Source of the DNA: Octopus bimaculoides
Taxonomy: Eukaryota
NCBI RefSeq assembly: GCF_001194135.2
Contig: NC_068986.1
Coordinates: 101,645,200-101,707,373, forward strand
Direction: 5' to 3'
Length of the DNA: 62,174 bases
The notes beneath the pieces are model-generated. The model was not told the DNA's origin, searched no databases, and saw nothing but the letters and a program-made list of their open reading frames with translations. The position numbers and the translations under genes were made by a program. This document shows positions 25,011 through 39,863 of this stretch, piece after piece. Every line of letters starts with the position of its first letter. Within the stretch, counting starts at the first letter, position 1.

Positions 25011-26543
25011 AAGAAAATACTTGATTAGTATTAGATGCGCGACTGGCGATTATAATTATTTTACTCCTTCTGTCATCGATTGGTATTGATTAGCTTTATT
25101 TCTAGAACACTCGTTTCGTTTATTTATTTATTTTGCTAAGCAGGCCGTTTAGATATTGGTGAAGGAGAAATGTAACAGCCCAATGTATAGGCTTTCACAG
25201 AGATGTCATCGACAAAATTTCGTTGAAATGTCTACCTGTCTATCTGTACGTAATGATGTAACTAACGTAATTATACGCCCTAAAGACCCTTTCCTAGCCA
25301 AATAATAATAGGAACTGAATACTCATTTAAAGAACGTGCACCTAACGCACAGCAGTTACCAGATATTCTGAACTAAATTCAAATCATAAAACGAATCATA
25401 AACGTCGTTGTTTTGTTGTTCATGAGTTTCATTTCCAGATTAGATTTAATTAACTAAATATAAAAACAATGACATTCATGCAGTTATCATTCTGTACATC
25501 TTTTATTGATTTTGGCATATCTTGAACTACATTAATATATGCTACGCCCCCCCCCTTTCCCCGGTTTTCAGATAATTACGTGTCTGATATTAGGTAAATT
25601 TTTAGATAATATTTTAGGAGGTCGAGTTACTGCATATAAGCTTTATCAGGGACTCGTACATGTTGAGTCAATGAGATTTTTCGAAGAACAAGCCCCTTCG
25701 TAATGGGGTATTAGTTACAAACAGTATTGTGAGCGAATATTGAATTTCGATTGATAGAGCACAATCAATATGCTTTTTTTGGGTGGAGAAAAAAGTGATG
25801 ATACAATCATTTTGGGATTGTGCAGCTACTAGAAGAATGGTTAGGTATTAGACACCTTCTACAAAATATCGTGATTTGTAGAACTTTAATAGAAGTAAAT
25901 CCAAAAATAAAATATAAGCATACAATCGTATCATTATTGAGATAAAACTCACAGTTATGTTCTTACCATTTTCTTTTCGAGAACTGTGCTCCTAAAACTA
26001 CATCGACCAGTGTATTTTCACATTATAAAAAGTTAGGATGGGACTAGGAGATTTACCCGCTTATTTTAAGCAAACTCAGAGGCCGTATTCTCTTGAATAT
26101 ACGACAGTATGTGTTTCCGATGATCTGGAGAGAAAATGAGTGCATTTTAATTATTTGATCACGGTTAACATAAATCGATCTCTTCAAAGACTTAACATAC
26201 TGTTATGCATTTTACGGAGTTAAACTGATCCAAGTGTTCTTTTTATTGAAAATGCTAACGAATATAGTACGGAACGAGTTTGTGATGCAATTACGAAAAG
26301 ATCAGATGAGCACTTACAAGCGCCTTCGTCTGCTCACTTTAGATTAGTTCCGGAATATCGACATAGTCAGATCACATAGCTATTCTGCAGCCACCCACAT
26401 AAGTGATTAGGAGCATACATACATACATACCCGTTAGGCGCATGAAGAGAATCAATTCTCTTATGACTATAAGCGCAGCGTACCTACGAACTAATAATAC
26501 ACATACTTTGTGCATGTGTGTTTGATATTTTTTTATGCGTGTG

Positions 26544-26584
<41 letters not shown>

Positions 26585-26779
26585 TCACATATTTCAGAAA
26601 GTGCCTATCTCTGCCTCTCTCCCTTTCTCTCCGTAACTGCCTCTCTCACTCTTTCTCTCCCTATTTNNNNNNNNNNTGGGCCACCTCATGTCATCTGTGG
26701 TTGAAGTATTTTTCCTTTGGATCTACTTCGTTGTAAAAAATAAAGAGTAATAAAAATTCCATCTTCTGTTTACTTGATC

Positions 26780-26820
<41 letters not shown>

Positions 26821-27485
26821 TCACATATTTCAGAAAGTGCCTATCTCTGCCTCTCTCCCTTTCTCTCCGTAACTGCCTCTCTCACTCTTTCTCTCCCTAT
26901 TTCTCTGTGCATGTATGTTAAAGGATATGTAATTAGGAATGAGGTACGTAACTTCTTTTTGCGCTACTGAATGAGTACTAGCGTGAATGCTAGGTTTTCT
27001 GTGTATACGTATCTATGGCTGCATCAGCTAGCGGATGAACGTACGCATTGACGAGTGAGCGAATGCCGGCATGCACGCTAGTGTTTACGCATACGTGTAC
27101 ACATGCATGTGCATTGCATACGGGCAAGTGTGAATTCAGTCAATGTGCATTTCTGTTCGTGTTCATGCACAAGTGTGTACAAATGTATTAATTATTATTG
27201 TATAGAAATATACATATGTACTTATGTAGAAAGCGTTTGTGTAAATGTTGGTATGCAATAATAAACGTGTGTGTGTGTTCTATTCATGAACTTTTATAGG
27301 CATGTACGTTTCAGTGATTATATATAAAGACTCGTACGTGCGCTCGCACGCATTCGTATACTTAACCTACGTGTATATAAAATTAACTGAGGAAAATAAT
27401 GTATGATAGTGTGTAGAAATGACAGGTATATGAACGTGTATCATATGTAAAATTATTTATTCCAAATAGCAGATGTTACTAAAGC

Positions 27486-27525
<40 letters not shown>

Positions 27526-27909
27526 ATTAACTACGACCATCACCGCTAATGCCAACATCATCCCTCCTATTCCCTCTGCACTTATATACTGATTTTATCG
27601 ATTTTTAACTCGATGTGTGTCTCTCTCTCTCTCTCGAAACACAGATAGTTAGAGCTAACTGGCTCACATTCTTCTCTCACACGCTTCTTTCGTCTGGTTT
27701 CATCTTACTCAGCGCTTTGACTCATTCCCACTGTACCCGCGCTCCTCTCTTGTACTGTTTATCATTCACAGTATCACACTCTGCACCGTTGAGTGGATTA
27801 AACACTCTCCTAGCGTTTTACTCAGCCTCTATCTAATATCAGTCTGTTCTGCACGTATCTGTGTCACACTTCTATAATTGTTTGTTATACATATTTTAAA
27901 GGGAGGGGG

Positions 27910-27963
<54 letters not shown>

Positions 27964-28659
27964 TATAAAAATGTGTTTCGGATTGCATTAATCCACTTAG
28001 CATTTTCTTATTAGAGACGTATATCTAGTGGAGGCAAACTATAGAAAGAAAAGGAAGATAAAGAGATATCAAAAGACGGTGGGGGTAAGCTAATTAGATA
28101 AAGAGACAAACAGATGAAAAGCTAGGTAGATAAGCATGTAGAGAGTTGGCAAACACACCACCTCCTCGCTAGCTTCTATTTCAAGCGACTTCATTCGTTT
28201 CTTTGTTGATGTATATACACTGCTTCCTCATAAAATATTTTAAATAAATAGATATCTTCCTTTGTGTTGTACTTGTGTCTCTGTAACAGCACTTATCAAA
28301 ATCTTCGAAGAGAGATTATTCTAGCCGTGACCATCTCGCCATTGCTCCAAACTCAGGAATCTAAATTCAAATTCTTAAATGTTTCGCTTTTAAAGACGAT
28401 GGTCCAGCAGATCGAGCGACCACACAGATGTTCCTTCATTGGTTCCCTTTTAAATAATCACATGTTTAAATGAATGGAGTTAATGAGAAGTGAAATCGAT
28501 GCCCTTCCCAAGTACATTAGCCATTATAGGTGAAATAACTAACTCTAATAAACGTCGTTAACGATCGCTTTATTCAATCCGTCCACATCATTCAATCTAC
28601 TTCTCCACGCTAAGCTATCTGCCCATCCTTATATTCTATTATATATATATTTCTATTAC

Positions 28660-28718
<59 letters not shown>

Positions 28719-31670
28719 ATATATACATTGTATTATAACAAAATACAAATATAAATTGTATTATAATATTTATATATATATATGAAATATAATATAGACA
28801 CACACATCATATAGAAGATTATAAAAGTGGGTCATGGTAGGGGTGCAATTTTGATAAATGCTATGCAAGCCCCCACCTCCCTTTTGAGTCTCTTTTATAA
28901 CTTTCTGCCAACATGTGCGCTCGTCTGCGTGTGCGGGCATGCGTGTGTATGCGTGGGCATTCTGATTCTTATGTTTATACAAACGTACACTCTCATAAAC
29001 AACATGAACATATTGCTATAAAGTTGCTACATGATATCAAATTTAACAACACCCTTGCGAGCTTTAGAGGAATTCACGAGTTGGTACCATTCGAATTAGA
29101 CCGAAGTACCATTCACCTCAATGTAACTAGATTTGTAGAGTCTGCTCGGTAACTAAAGCTTGCTTTGTTTTACCTGCTTTCATTAACTGTTACAAACATG
29201 GCACGTTAATACTCCCAACTGTCGAAGCTTTAACACCATTCTATTTAAAAATGTACCTATAAATACATATACGTGCATATCTCTCTGATAACTGAAGCAT
29301 GTCGATGTTATGTTATCTCTTTGCTTGCCTACCCGCCTATCAACGCAAACATGCACGCATAAACACATCACAGCATGTTGTATTTCAAGTGTAGTAAATC
29401 TACAGCAAGTCAACGGCTACATTTCTCTCGTCAATGAAGAAGTAATTTAATACTTTAACCGTTTGTATATATGACAGTAATACGCATCTTCTCAACATAC
29501 ACATGTAGTAAATGTTGCCTTTTTTTTACCCCAGAAAAATTCTGATCGGAAACCTATGATGAAATCTATTACATTCGGGTTCATTTAAAAAAAAAAAAAA
29601 TTCAGTTCTGAAGTGGTGGCCATGCTGGAGTACCACTAGTCAGATTCTTTTTTCTCACGCTCTATCTTGGGCATCATCATTCATTGTATCTACCACGCCG
29701 TTTCATATTTTGTAGACATTGTTTGATTTAAGCGGAATTTAGCTGCGGTTTCTAGGAGATTGAGTGACAAGATAGAGGTTCTTTTCCAGTACCTGATAGG
29801 TGTATTGTGATTCCATTGAACAGTTTTAAATGTGTGCAGTTAAAATATGAAGTAACTCCAACGCACATGCCAATATATAATTATGTAATTTAAACAATAC
29901 GAACGAACAAGTTCTAATAAAAACAACGCCCTGTATTCTCACTCAACGCCTTAGATAAGATTACAATTCTTGGTTGTTGTTATATCATGCTTATTGCAAC
30001 GCTTGCATTTCTGACTAAGATATATGCATATGTACCACTAACTCAAATTATTTTGTACTTATGAATCATAAAATATAACGCATCATTTCTATGCCACTAA
30101 GAAGGAAGGTTAGCTAGCTCTATGCATTCTTTGAAAGACTGTCATAAATGTTAGCATGTGCCAGGACCGGAAACGGATATGATTTCAAAAACAAGAAAAC
30201 ACGTGTGAAGACATATCGAAAGATGAGAGGAAGAGAAACAACTGACGTATCCTGCGACTTGTTGCTTGCTCACATTGTAGAAACCACGTTCTTATCATTT
30301 CTCTCATAATATCAGTTATACAAAGTGTAATACGCACTTCTAATGTCTGTCGTGCGCATGGTGGTATCGGCAAACAAAAACAAGTACAAACATGTGTGAC
30401 TGTGTGCGCGCGCTTATGCATATCTTTGTGTACGTAACCATATGCATGTCTAGACAGATATTAAAAGTCAAGGTTATATTTGAATATAATAGCTGACTTA
30501 AGTTTTGTAAATACTGAAATGTATGTCATTAAATGAATGAATACACTCACGAATGAATTCAATTATGTGGCCTAAACATTTTGTAGTCTTAACATTAAAA
30601 TCTTTGATATTTGATAACATTGTTGTATTTCGGGATTTTTTTCTTTAATTCTTTAAAGTTTTTTCAGCTTTAAAGCTATGGTCATGCTGGGATAGCATTA
30701 CTCTCTGACTCTCTTTTTTTTTTTTTGCCAAATAAACAGGCACTATGTATTCGTTCTTCACTCATGTATGACTACTTATTTTAGCACATGTCAATTATCC
30801 GAAAATCTTTCGTCACACATGTGACCTCTTCAACGATACTTTCCACCCTCATGTGTGCTTCTGCTCTTCTTAGTCAGTTATGAAAATGTATTTCTGGACA
30901 ATGAACCTAAGTTAAAATAAAAACAGTACTAAACGAGTGAAGAACTAATATATGACCATCCCGAAATACAACGATATATGTTTCAACACACGGTTTCACA
31001 TCAGGAATCTTGCCACACAAATTTATATTTAATAACATTCTTCCATAAAATTCTTTTATTTTCTGCTATATTTCTAATGATAAGCAATTAGGAAATTATA
31101 TTTTAAATTCTTTATCCCATTTTGGTTGAGTTCATATTCGTTCGAGGACACATTTTTCAGTTATGTTTCCTACAAAGAAAAAGGTATGTCAGATCTCCTT
31201 CAAATAACACCATAGTGTTTTGAATTAAGGAGCATGCATTTAACAATGCTGTTCATGATATATACAAATATACAAAATAACTGGGACTACAAAACATTTG
31301 AATAAATGCAGGTGTACTGGATCAAGGATCGCGTGGTTTGTAACAACTTTAACGAGGATAACAACAGAAACCAACTGAGCCAAAAACCTAATTTCCTCCT
31401 GAAGTCAGTGACACAAACTGTCACAAATCAATCCCTTCTAGTCGCCATTCATTTGTTAAGCAGATAAGAACAAAAAGATGGGGTGGGAGGTATATGGTAT
31501 AGAGCCTACAGTTTTGAAAAGCTTTACATAATATAAGAAAAGCATCTGAGATAGTTCTTCTGCATACATTCTGTTCTCTCGCTTGCAAGTACGTTATGTA
31601 GACCAGATATACAACCATACTCCAGTAATCCATACAAAAACTATTTATTATCAAAATACGTATAGATTGA

Positions 31671-32009
31671 GTGGAGGCGCAATGACCCAGTTGTTAGGGC
31701 AGCAGACTCGCAGTCATAGGATCGCGGTTTCGATTCCCAGACCGGGCATTGTGAGTGTTTAGTGAGTGAAAACACCTAAAGCTCCACGAGGCTCCGGCAG
31801 GGGGTGGTGGCTAACCCTGCTGTACTCATTCACCACAACTTTCTCTCACTCTTCCTGTTTCTGTTGTGCCTGTAATTCAAAGGGTCAGCCTTGTCACGCT
31901 GAATATGCTCGAGAACTATGTTAAGGTTACACGTGTCTGTGGAGTGCTCAGCCACTTTCACGTTAATTTCACGAGTAGGCTGTTCGTAAGCGACGGAGTG
32001 CCAACAACA
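31671..32009 (+). mobile_element. SINE family A (tRNA-derived head, (CAA)n tail) with two internal deletions
   Basis: Head GGAGGCGCAATGACCCAGTTGTTAGGGCAGCAGACTCGCAGTCATAGGATCGCGGTTTCGATTCCCAG with A and B boxes; body matches 51308-51682 and 56333-56721; degraded 13 bp TSD ACGTATAGATTGA (31658-31670) / ACGTGTAGAATGA (32010-32022). Confidence 0.93.
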
Positions 32010-33066
32010 ACGTGTAGAATGAAGCTGGTAGAATAATTAGAACGTCAATCAGAATTAAATGTTTAGTGGCATTTCTTCGGGAATTATTTCTGCAACAAAC
32101 AAGTCAATAAGTCACATACGGTCTGGGGCCAAAAGTGGAACCTTGATCTCACATTAGATCTAGAGTTATAACTAAATTCACAAGAATTTGTTAATATGTA
32201 CATGACTTCTTTATAAAATGTGGACACCCAAGAATTTGGAAACGTCTTTCAAAATTTTTGAATGGTGAGGCAAAAAGAAAAAGAAAAAAACTAACACACA
32301 AACACTTGTAAGAGATTGTCTTTAATAGGAGAAAGAGTTTGATATGTTTATGTACTGAGGTTACCTCAAGAAAAAACGCGTCAATATTAGAGACACATTA
32401 TTCAGTACATACGAAGCTGTAAAGACGTTTGGAATAGAAGAGAAATCCAAATGTACTCTTACAGGACGTCACTAAATAACAGCGAACACAGTTTCAATAA
32501 GCAATTAAAAAGCAAATAAAGTACGAGTAACTAAACTGAAGCAGGGAAAGCCTGATCCACATATATAACACTGATATTATAATGAAAACGAATTCCTCCA
32601 CTATCTGTTATCTTGGAGACAAACATAGACCAATTTATTGAACTCTCGTCAACCGTATGCACCATTCACTGGCAACATCATTATTATAGTGAGTGGAATC
32701 TCGTGCAAGCATTTTCTGCTTATTCCAAAACCTAAATATCAATATTAACATTTATTTTTGCATGTTAACACTGTAAAAACATTTTTATGTACTTGGGTTA
32801 AATTGCCATACCTGCCTTCTTCTAATTAGTGGCCTAGTGCCAATATATTAAATCATTATCATCATCATTATTACTACTATCATCATTATTATTAACAGTG
32901 GTAATCGTTAACGCGTCTGATAAAATGGTCAGTCGTATTTCTTAGACAGTTTTCAAATCATATGAAGACCAAATTTGTCTATCGTCCATTCATCGTCAAT
33001 AAGATATGAACAAGTACTGTGCCGAAATTTTAAACTATAATTATTAGTAGTATTAATATTATTATT

Positions 33067-33272
33067 GGGGCGGCGAGTTGGCAAAATGCTTAGCGGTATT
33101 TCGTCCGTCTGTACATTCTGAGTTCTAAATCCGCCGAGGTATACTTTCCCCTTCAGCCTTTCAGAGTGGATAAATTAAGTACCAGTGAAACACTGGTGTC
33201 GATGTAATCGACTAGTCCTCTCCTCTCAAATTGCAGACCCTGTGCAATAATGCTTTAGCAGAAAGCATTATT
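33067..33272 (+). mobile_element. SINE family B with a short deletion in the head
   Basis: GGGGCGGCGAGTTGGCA|AAATGCTTAGCGGTATTTCGTCCG...AATTAAGTACCAGTGAAACACTGGTGTCGATGTAATCGACTAG; ATT-rich flanks. Confidence 0.9.
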
Positions 33273-34082
33273 GTTATTCCATCTCTTGTTACAGGAAAGT
33301 AGTCCTTTGATTACGACTGTGCTACACTCATGGGAATATTTGTTCACTCTCTCCGGTTATTTAATTTATCTCAAAGTGAACTTTGGTTAAGAAGAAATAT
33401 CACCTTGCAAATGACAGGAGTAAACTCTTATTCGACTAAAACCTGCCGGAACACATGGCAACTGAATAGGTGCATTAAGTTATTGAGCAGGAATCTGAGC
33501 AAGACATGATCTACTTAAAATGTTTGAAGAAAAGAGAATTGGATATTAAAAATCCTACGGCAAATTGAGTGCAGATCAAAGCGCGAGAAAAAGAGGAGAT
33601 AGAATGCTGTAATCTTCGGAATTATCTTGTTCCTGAATGCTATTATAGGATAACAGGTAAGGGCAAATAAGATGGATAGATAGATAGATAGATAGATAGA
33701 TAGGCACAGTGGTGTCCTTTGTAGTCACTTCCAGTTGTATGGCCCGATCGCATAGAAATTTGCTTTCACTGAGGTCAAAAGATAAATGTAACAGATGAAC
33801 AAAGATAACAGAGATAAAAAACAATAGAAGAATATATTGTTCAATGTATGAAATAAATTTGGTCGCAGATATTTGTAGAGCCGCCATTTGTTCGAAATGG
33901 TGACTTTAACATATTGGGCTAAATGTCGGCTAATCAAGCGAATAGCTCGTGTAAAGAATAGAATTTTATTTTTGAGATATTTCAGTCAATCTGAACATTA
34001 ATCAGAAACGCGAGAGATATTAATTGTAATGCATCGCGTGAGTGAGAAGTTGAAGGGGGGGGGGCAGCGCATACGAGGAGTA

Positions 34083-34320
34083 TACACGGTGGCCCAAAAG
34101 TAAGTTTACAGTTATCACGTAGTCACTTTAAATTTCTTCTAAAACATTTTATTACATTTAAATTATCTTACAAACTGGAAAGTGATCTTGACTAAATTAA
34201 CTAAATTAGCATAGAATAATGGTTTCATATTTTTTTTTATAATTAAGTTTTAAACTGTTAATATATAAATGCGAAAGAGATAGTTGTATAACTGTAAACC
34301 TACTGTTGGGCCACCCTTCA
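34083..34320. mobile_element. Non-autonomous TIR element (MITE), Tc1/mariner-like
   Basis: Left TACACGGTGGCCCAAAAGTAAGTTTACAGTTAT (34083-34115); right ATAACTGTAAACCTACTGTTGGGCCACCCT (34288-34317) is its reverse complement with 3 mismatches over 30 bp; AT-rich non-coding interior; TA at the left end, right end decayed. Confidence 0.85.
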
Positions 34321-34619
34321 TATGAAGAAGCAAATTAGTTTCCAAGTTCAACTGGTGTTTAAAACCGAATTATATAACTGGAGGCACAAAGTTATTCAGA
34401 GCTATAGAAACATGTCAAAGTCGTTAGGACAAGAATGGATCCTTATCTGTCTTGAAATGTGTCAGTAATGAACCTAAATTAAATTTTTTATGAGATGCTG
34501 TTTGGCGAGCTTAAGTGTTATTCAACGAAAAATATACACAAGTATCAGCAGTCATTTAGATGAGTGGATTACCAGTAAACTACTCACAGCTCAACTTGAA
34601 AGGTTATAATCAATATTTC

Positions 34620-34825
34620 ACTGGCACAATTGTCAGAGTGCCGAACAGAATGTCCTGCAGTATTTAGTTACAGCTCTTTATGCTTTGACTTCAAACCCCT
34701 TCGAAGTTAACTTTGTCTTTTATCTCTCTGGAGTAGATAAAATAAAGTACCAGTGAAATGTTCGGATCAATATATTCCATCGATCCTGTCCTCTCGAAAA
34801 TTGTTGGCTTTGTGCTTATGTACAA
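34620..34825 (+). mobile_element. SINE family B, old and diverged
   Basis: CTGGCACAATTGTCAGAG...TTCAAACCC...AACTTTGTCTTTTATC...GATAAAATAAAGTACCAGTGAAA. Confidence 0.65.
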
Positions 34826-35649
34826 TTGGGAACAGGCAGAATAAAGCGTCGGGAGAGTTTGTTATAGCTATCATGTTAATCCTCAATGTACTGTTTCTTG
34901 ATTCGCATTAGGTAAATTACCCCTTACTGGGACGCCCCGTTTAGTATTGTTCATACGCTGTCAATTAACAAAAGTGTTTTTTTTCTCTCCCGTTCTTTCT
35001 ATAAATTGCCCTTGTGGGGTTCACCTGTTACCCTTTTTGGGTGACTGGTAATGCAATATTGGGACACATTACATCACCAGAAACTTTTCTGTAGTGTTAT
35101 ATGGTTGACTGGTAGATTGCTAGAATGTTAATGTTTCGGAAAAATGCCTACCGGGATTTTTTCAGCTCTTAAATTGTCTTCCAAACCCTGTTGTGATATA
35201 GTTTGCTTTTCAACCCTTCGGGGTCTATAAAAGAAAAAGGACCAGTCAAAAAGTGAGGTCGGTAATATCGGCCCCTAAACTGCTCACTCAAAATTACTGG
35301 CTTCGAGCTTAAATGCAAATGCCATTGTACGGTGCCGAAATAGCAGAATCGTTTAAGCGCTGGAGAAAAAAAAAAATCTTTACGTCCTGACTTCAAATCC
35401 TGCTGTGGTTAACTTTCAAATACATCACTGCAGAGTCTATTAAGTACAAATCGTGTACTTTAAATAATGATATCAGCTAAATCCCTCCCTAAATCAGAAA
35501 CAAATACTATCATCAGAACCAGTATTCTTAATATCAGTACTGGTTGAAAATTTTGACACCAGGCCAGTAATTTCAGAAGAGGAGGTAGGGCCATTAGATT
35601 GGTCCCAGCGCTCATCTAGAACTTGTTTCATTGACCAGAAAGAATAAAA

Positions 35650-35750
35650 TGCGAAGTCGACCACAGCAAAATTGAACTCAGATCGTAAACACGAGCGAAA
35701 TACCATTAAGCATTTTGCTTGCTGTGTTGGCGATTCTGCTATCTCACCGG
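35650..35750 (-). mobile_element. SINE family B, 5' part
   Basis: Reverse complement GGTGAGATAGCAGAATCGCC...AAAATGCTTAATGGTATTTCG...CTGAGTTCAATTTTGCTGTGGTCGACTTCGC. Confidence 0.75.
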
Positions 35751-37854
35751 CTTAATAGCATCATTAATACTGAGTTGAGAAACTAGCAGTGTGACGGACA
35801 AAGTGTGTCAGTTATATAGTTGCGTCACGTTCTGAGTGCAAGACACCGACAGGATCATCTTTGTACTTCCTTTGCACATTGACATCGATTCAACAGATTT
35901 TGATTTGTACAGTCATGCCTAAGGGTCGTCTGCGGTAGGTGGGGTCGTGCCTGGTGATGCCCGTCCTGAACTGCTGCGAGCTGATGATTGTACTCTAAAT
36001 GTTTAGGCAGGGATGAAATTCCTACTGGACTAACGTGGTGAGAAGAAAAATCTCTGAATACAATTATTAAAGTTGTTGTGTTTCGTGTAAAACGTGGTGG
36101 AGATGTAATCAATTAGAGTGATGTGTAGAATAGAGGTGTCAGAGATGGGATGGTCGTAATAGACTTAAGAGGGCAAATTAGTTGAAAGGAGAAGAAACCA
36201 GTACGATAAGAGTAGAAATGCAAAGAGAAAAAGATAGTACGGTTATTGTGTCTTCATATCAGTCAGTTGGTCAAGCATTAGTTATTTCATTGTGCTACTT
36301 CCCAAGAGACGTGTGTTTACAATAGGAATCATCACACACACGAAGACAGAGAGCGTGCTTACGATCTTCAAACGAGATTTGAACGCGAAGGTATGAGATG
36401 CTACAATATATTGCTAATATTGCCAGGTTGTCAATGCATCTTTTCTCAACCAATTTTCTATTGCTTAAAATAGAGAACAAAATGCAAAGGTGTCACTCCT
36501 TCCATTCGTTCGTTAGCATGCTTTGCCGTCCCACACTTTTAGATTCGTTTCTGAAGACCCCCCCCCCTGCTGCTGAAAAACATAGCACATGTGCTTTTGA
36601 AAATAACAGAATACACACATGTACGCCTGAGCACACTTACACGCACATAGTTAACATGATTATACATATATGTGTGTGTGTGTGTGTGTGTGTTTGTGTT
36701 TGTGTTTGNNNNNNNNNNNNNNNNNNNNNNNNNNNNNNNNNNNNNNNNNNNNNNNNNNNNNNNNNNNNNNNNNNNNNNNNNNNNNNNNNNNNNNNNNNNN
36801 NNNNNNNNNNNNNNNNNNNNNNNNNNNNNNNNNNNNNNNNNNNNNNNNNNNNNGTGTGTGTGTGTATACATACATACGTGGGGTGGGATGAGGGCCAGAG
36901 ACGGTGAGAGAAAAGAAATGAAAGCAGTTATGTCAAAGTTAAAGTTTTGTATTTCCTATGATTTTTTTTTTTTTTTTAACAAAAGCAACAATTAGCAGAT
37001 TTTCGAAACCCCTTACTAATATAAACCTGATTAACTTTAGTAGCGAAATGTGGAGTGTAGAAACGGCGTTCATACAACTTTGGTTACAGAATATGCGGTT
37101 ATAGAAAAGAAAGAGACACATAATAGTAGCGACACACACGTGTTTGGTGTTTACTTGGTACGTGTGTACGTCTCAATCGTTCTATATATTTTACAACGAA
37201 AATAATGAACCCATCACGAGAATAAAAAAGGTTATATAATTGGCATACTTAATGAGTTTATAAAATTGTTATTAATACTTCCATTATAACTTCAAAACAA
37301 TCACTCGATCCTCAGAGTTTAAATCTTTCTGTTAAATTACGAAGCTTTAAGTAACTTTATGCAAAATCTATGGCCGGTGTGTTTGTGTGTGTGTGCATGC
37401 GTGTATTTGTGTATATATAAAGAAAGAGAGAGAGAGAGAGTCAATGAATAAAACAAATGGATGTGCTTCAAAATCGATCCCTCACCTCTGAGCATTAAAC
37501 AACAGTCACTTATTCTAAATTAATTATCGCAGTGTTCTTTTAATAACATTCATCTACCGTTCTCATCTACATGTACGCTTTAACATGCGTGTACACACAC
37601 ACACACACACATACATATATATATATGTCTCAAATTCACCCAGTATTTAGTAGTAATACGAATAAGTTGACAGCTTTAATAGTTAGGTATAGAGGTATAC
37701 ATATACCATTACTTGTGTGTTTTTGATATATACAAGGTATTGATCGGTAAAAAATAAATAAAACTGCAATGTATAGACAATACAGTTTGGAAACGCGCAA
37801 CTATAGCTCTCACACAAGCACACACATACATACGTTCGTGCATGCATGTATACA

Positions 37855-37895
<41 letters not shown>

Positions 37896-39863
37896 TTGGT
37901 TTTTTTGTCTGGTTGTAATAACGGGGAAAATATTATTCGTTGCAGAATTTAACAAAACAGCGATGAGTCACGAGAAACGTGACAATATTTATATGTATAG
38001 CTTCAATTGTATACGATACTTTTGTCCATAATACACATCCAATATATCTGTGCATGTGTGTGTGTGTTTATGGAAAGCGTGTAACAATAAAATTACAGAC
38101 ACGAAGTACTAAGAAAATAATAGACAAAAATAATTCAAAAGCAAATATATAAATATATAGTTTTCAGATTTTTTTTTTGTTTTTTTTTTGGTAAATTCAA
38201 ATACTTACAGATGGCCCCGAGTGCCAACATCCATAGTCCAAGACAGGAAAGTACAGGACAGCGCCGCACATGAATAGGTCTCATTCCACAGCAACCCTCG
38301 GGCGGTAGGAACACCCCTCCGCACGCCAGTCGGCACATATAGCAGGCAGCTCCACGCTCCACGTCGGTGCCGGCTTCACTTCCAAGAAAACTCTAGTGCC
38401 CAATACACCAGAAAATATCGGTAACTCCTTGGCTAGCCACGCTGCCAGATCATGAATATTTTTCATATGTTTTCCTTCTTGTGTGTGTTTTCTTATATAT
38501 GTATATATACTTTATAAATAACAATTATTTTAGACTTCCATTTCTGTTTCAAATCCTATCGTTTCACTTTTTCCTCGATGGTCTGGAGTACCACGAACTC
38601 AATATTTTTTTACATTTATATCTTTCGATAGGATATTCGTAGCATTTGTGCACATGTGTGTGTAATGTGTATATATTTCTGTATATATGTAAATAAATGG
38701 TTTGTATGTTTACAGGATAGAGAGACAAAGTGAGATCGATAACAAGATTACTAACGGATAAAGAAACGAATATACGCTACGAAAGGCCAAGACTGATTTT
38801 ATGTAATTGTGCTTGTGTATGTACGTGTTTTATATATGTATATATACTTTATAAATAACAATTATTTTAGACTTCCATTTCTGTTNNNNNNNNNNATATA
38901 TATATATATAGAGAGAGAGGAAGCAAATAACAAATTTAACCTTTTTGATTAAACTCGTATTTTTAATCAACAATTAAACGCAGCGGAAATAAAATTGCGA
39001 GGAGTCCGTACATAAAAAAATGTTGAATAGAAAAATATATCTCTCCAGGTTAGCTTCTCGTCAAAATATACTTATATGTACTTAGGAATATACAACCAAT
39101 CTAACTATAATTGGATATATTAATCCTAAATCAATAGTGTGTGTGTGTGTGTGTGTGTATGCATATATATAAATATATATGTGCGTCTATATAAATGTGG
39201 TTATGTGTGTTTGTAGCAATGGCAGTATGAATAAATGTTGTATTCAAATGTGAATGTTCTAACAATATCCAATATTAATCTACTGAGCGACATATAAATA
39301 AAAACATTAACTAAAAAAGAACGTGTGTAGACAAACCAAGAAGAAACATTTATAAAGGTCGTGAATCCGTTGTTAGCTGTACCATTTACCTCTTATTTGT
39401 TATATTATTTGTTAAACTTTAACTTATGCGGGCTTCACAGACACGTTTGCAATACTTGTTTCATATTGTTTTTAGAAGAAGACACGATTATACCGGCTGT
39501 TAAGCGTGCGATAAATTCCATAATGATAATAATTGTATCGAGGGCATCACGTTGCTGAGTGTTAGGGTGGTGGTTAAGGTGGTGGTGTTGCTTGAGTTGT
39601 TAGTGCTGATTGGTTCTCGTTGTGCTGATGATGGTGATGTTAGTGGTGGTGGAGGTGGTAGTAGTTAGTAAAGCGAGGGAATGTGTGTATATAACTGCTG
39701 TTGCTCTTGTTATTAATAATATAAGTGGAACGAATGAGAGTTTTGTTTGTTGTTCATATTTGTGGATTTTACTGAAGACAAACCACATAAAGTTTTTATT
39801 ACAGTTGCTGCTGATTACATAGCTATTTGTTGTCTGTAGCAGTTGATATCTTTGTAGTAGTTC

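Noticed and set aside
26560-26900. ~100 bp direct duplication (CACTCACATATTTCAGAAAG...CCCTATTT) on both sides of a 10-N gap
   Set aside because: Identical copies, each after a (TA)n run, next to a minimal placeholder gap; most likely an uncollapsed overlap or haplotype bubble.
31671-31750. tRNA gene call for SINE heads (A-D)
   Set aside because: A and B boxes are present, but each continues into a repeated body and tail and A copies have TSDs; these are SINE heads, not tRNA genes.
32117-32450. TACGGTCTGGGGCCAAAAGT TIR-like start and DMFMY*GYLK, similar to the WGYLK motif of Tc1/mariner transposases
   Set aside because: One short motif with a stop, no second TIR; insufficient without a search.
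35855-36060. GC-richer stretch with open frames (VMPVLNCCELM, similar to an RTE C-terminal motif)
   Set aside because: A single weak motif; no exon or LINE assignment supportable.
38488-38895. Exact ~56 bp repeat at about 38490-38545 and 38830-38885
   Set aside because: The second copy ends exactly at a 10-N gap; probable contig mis-extension.
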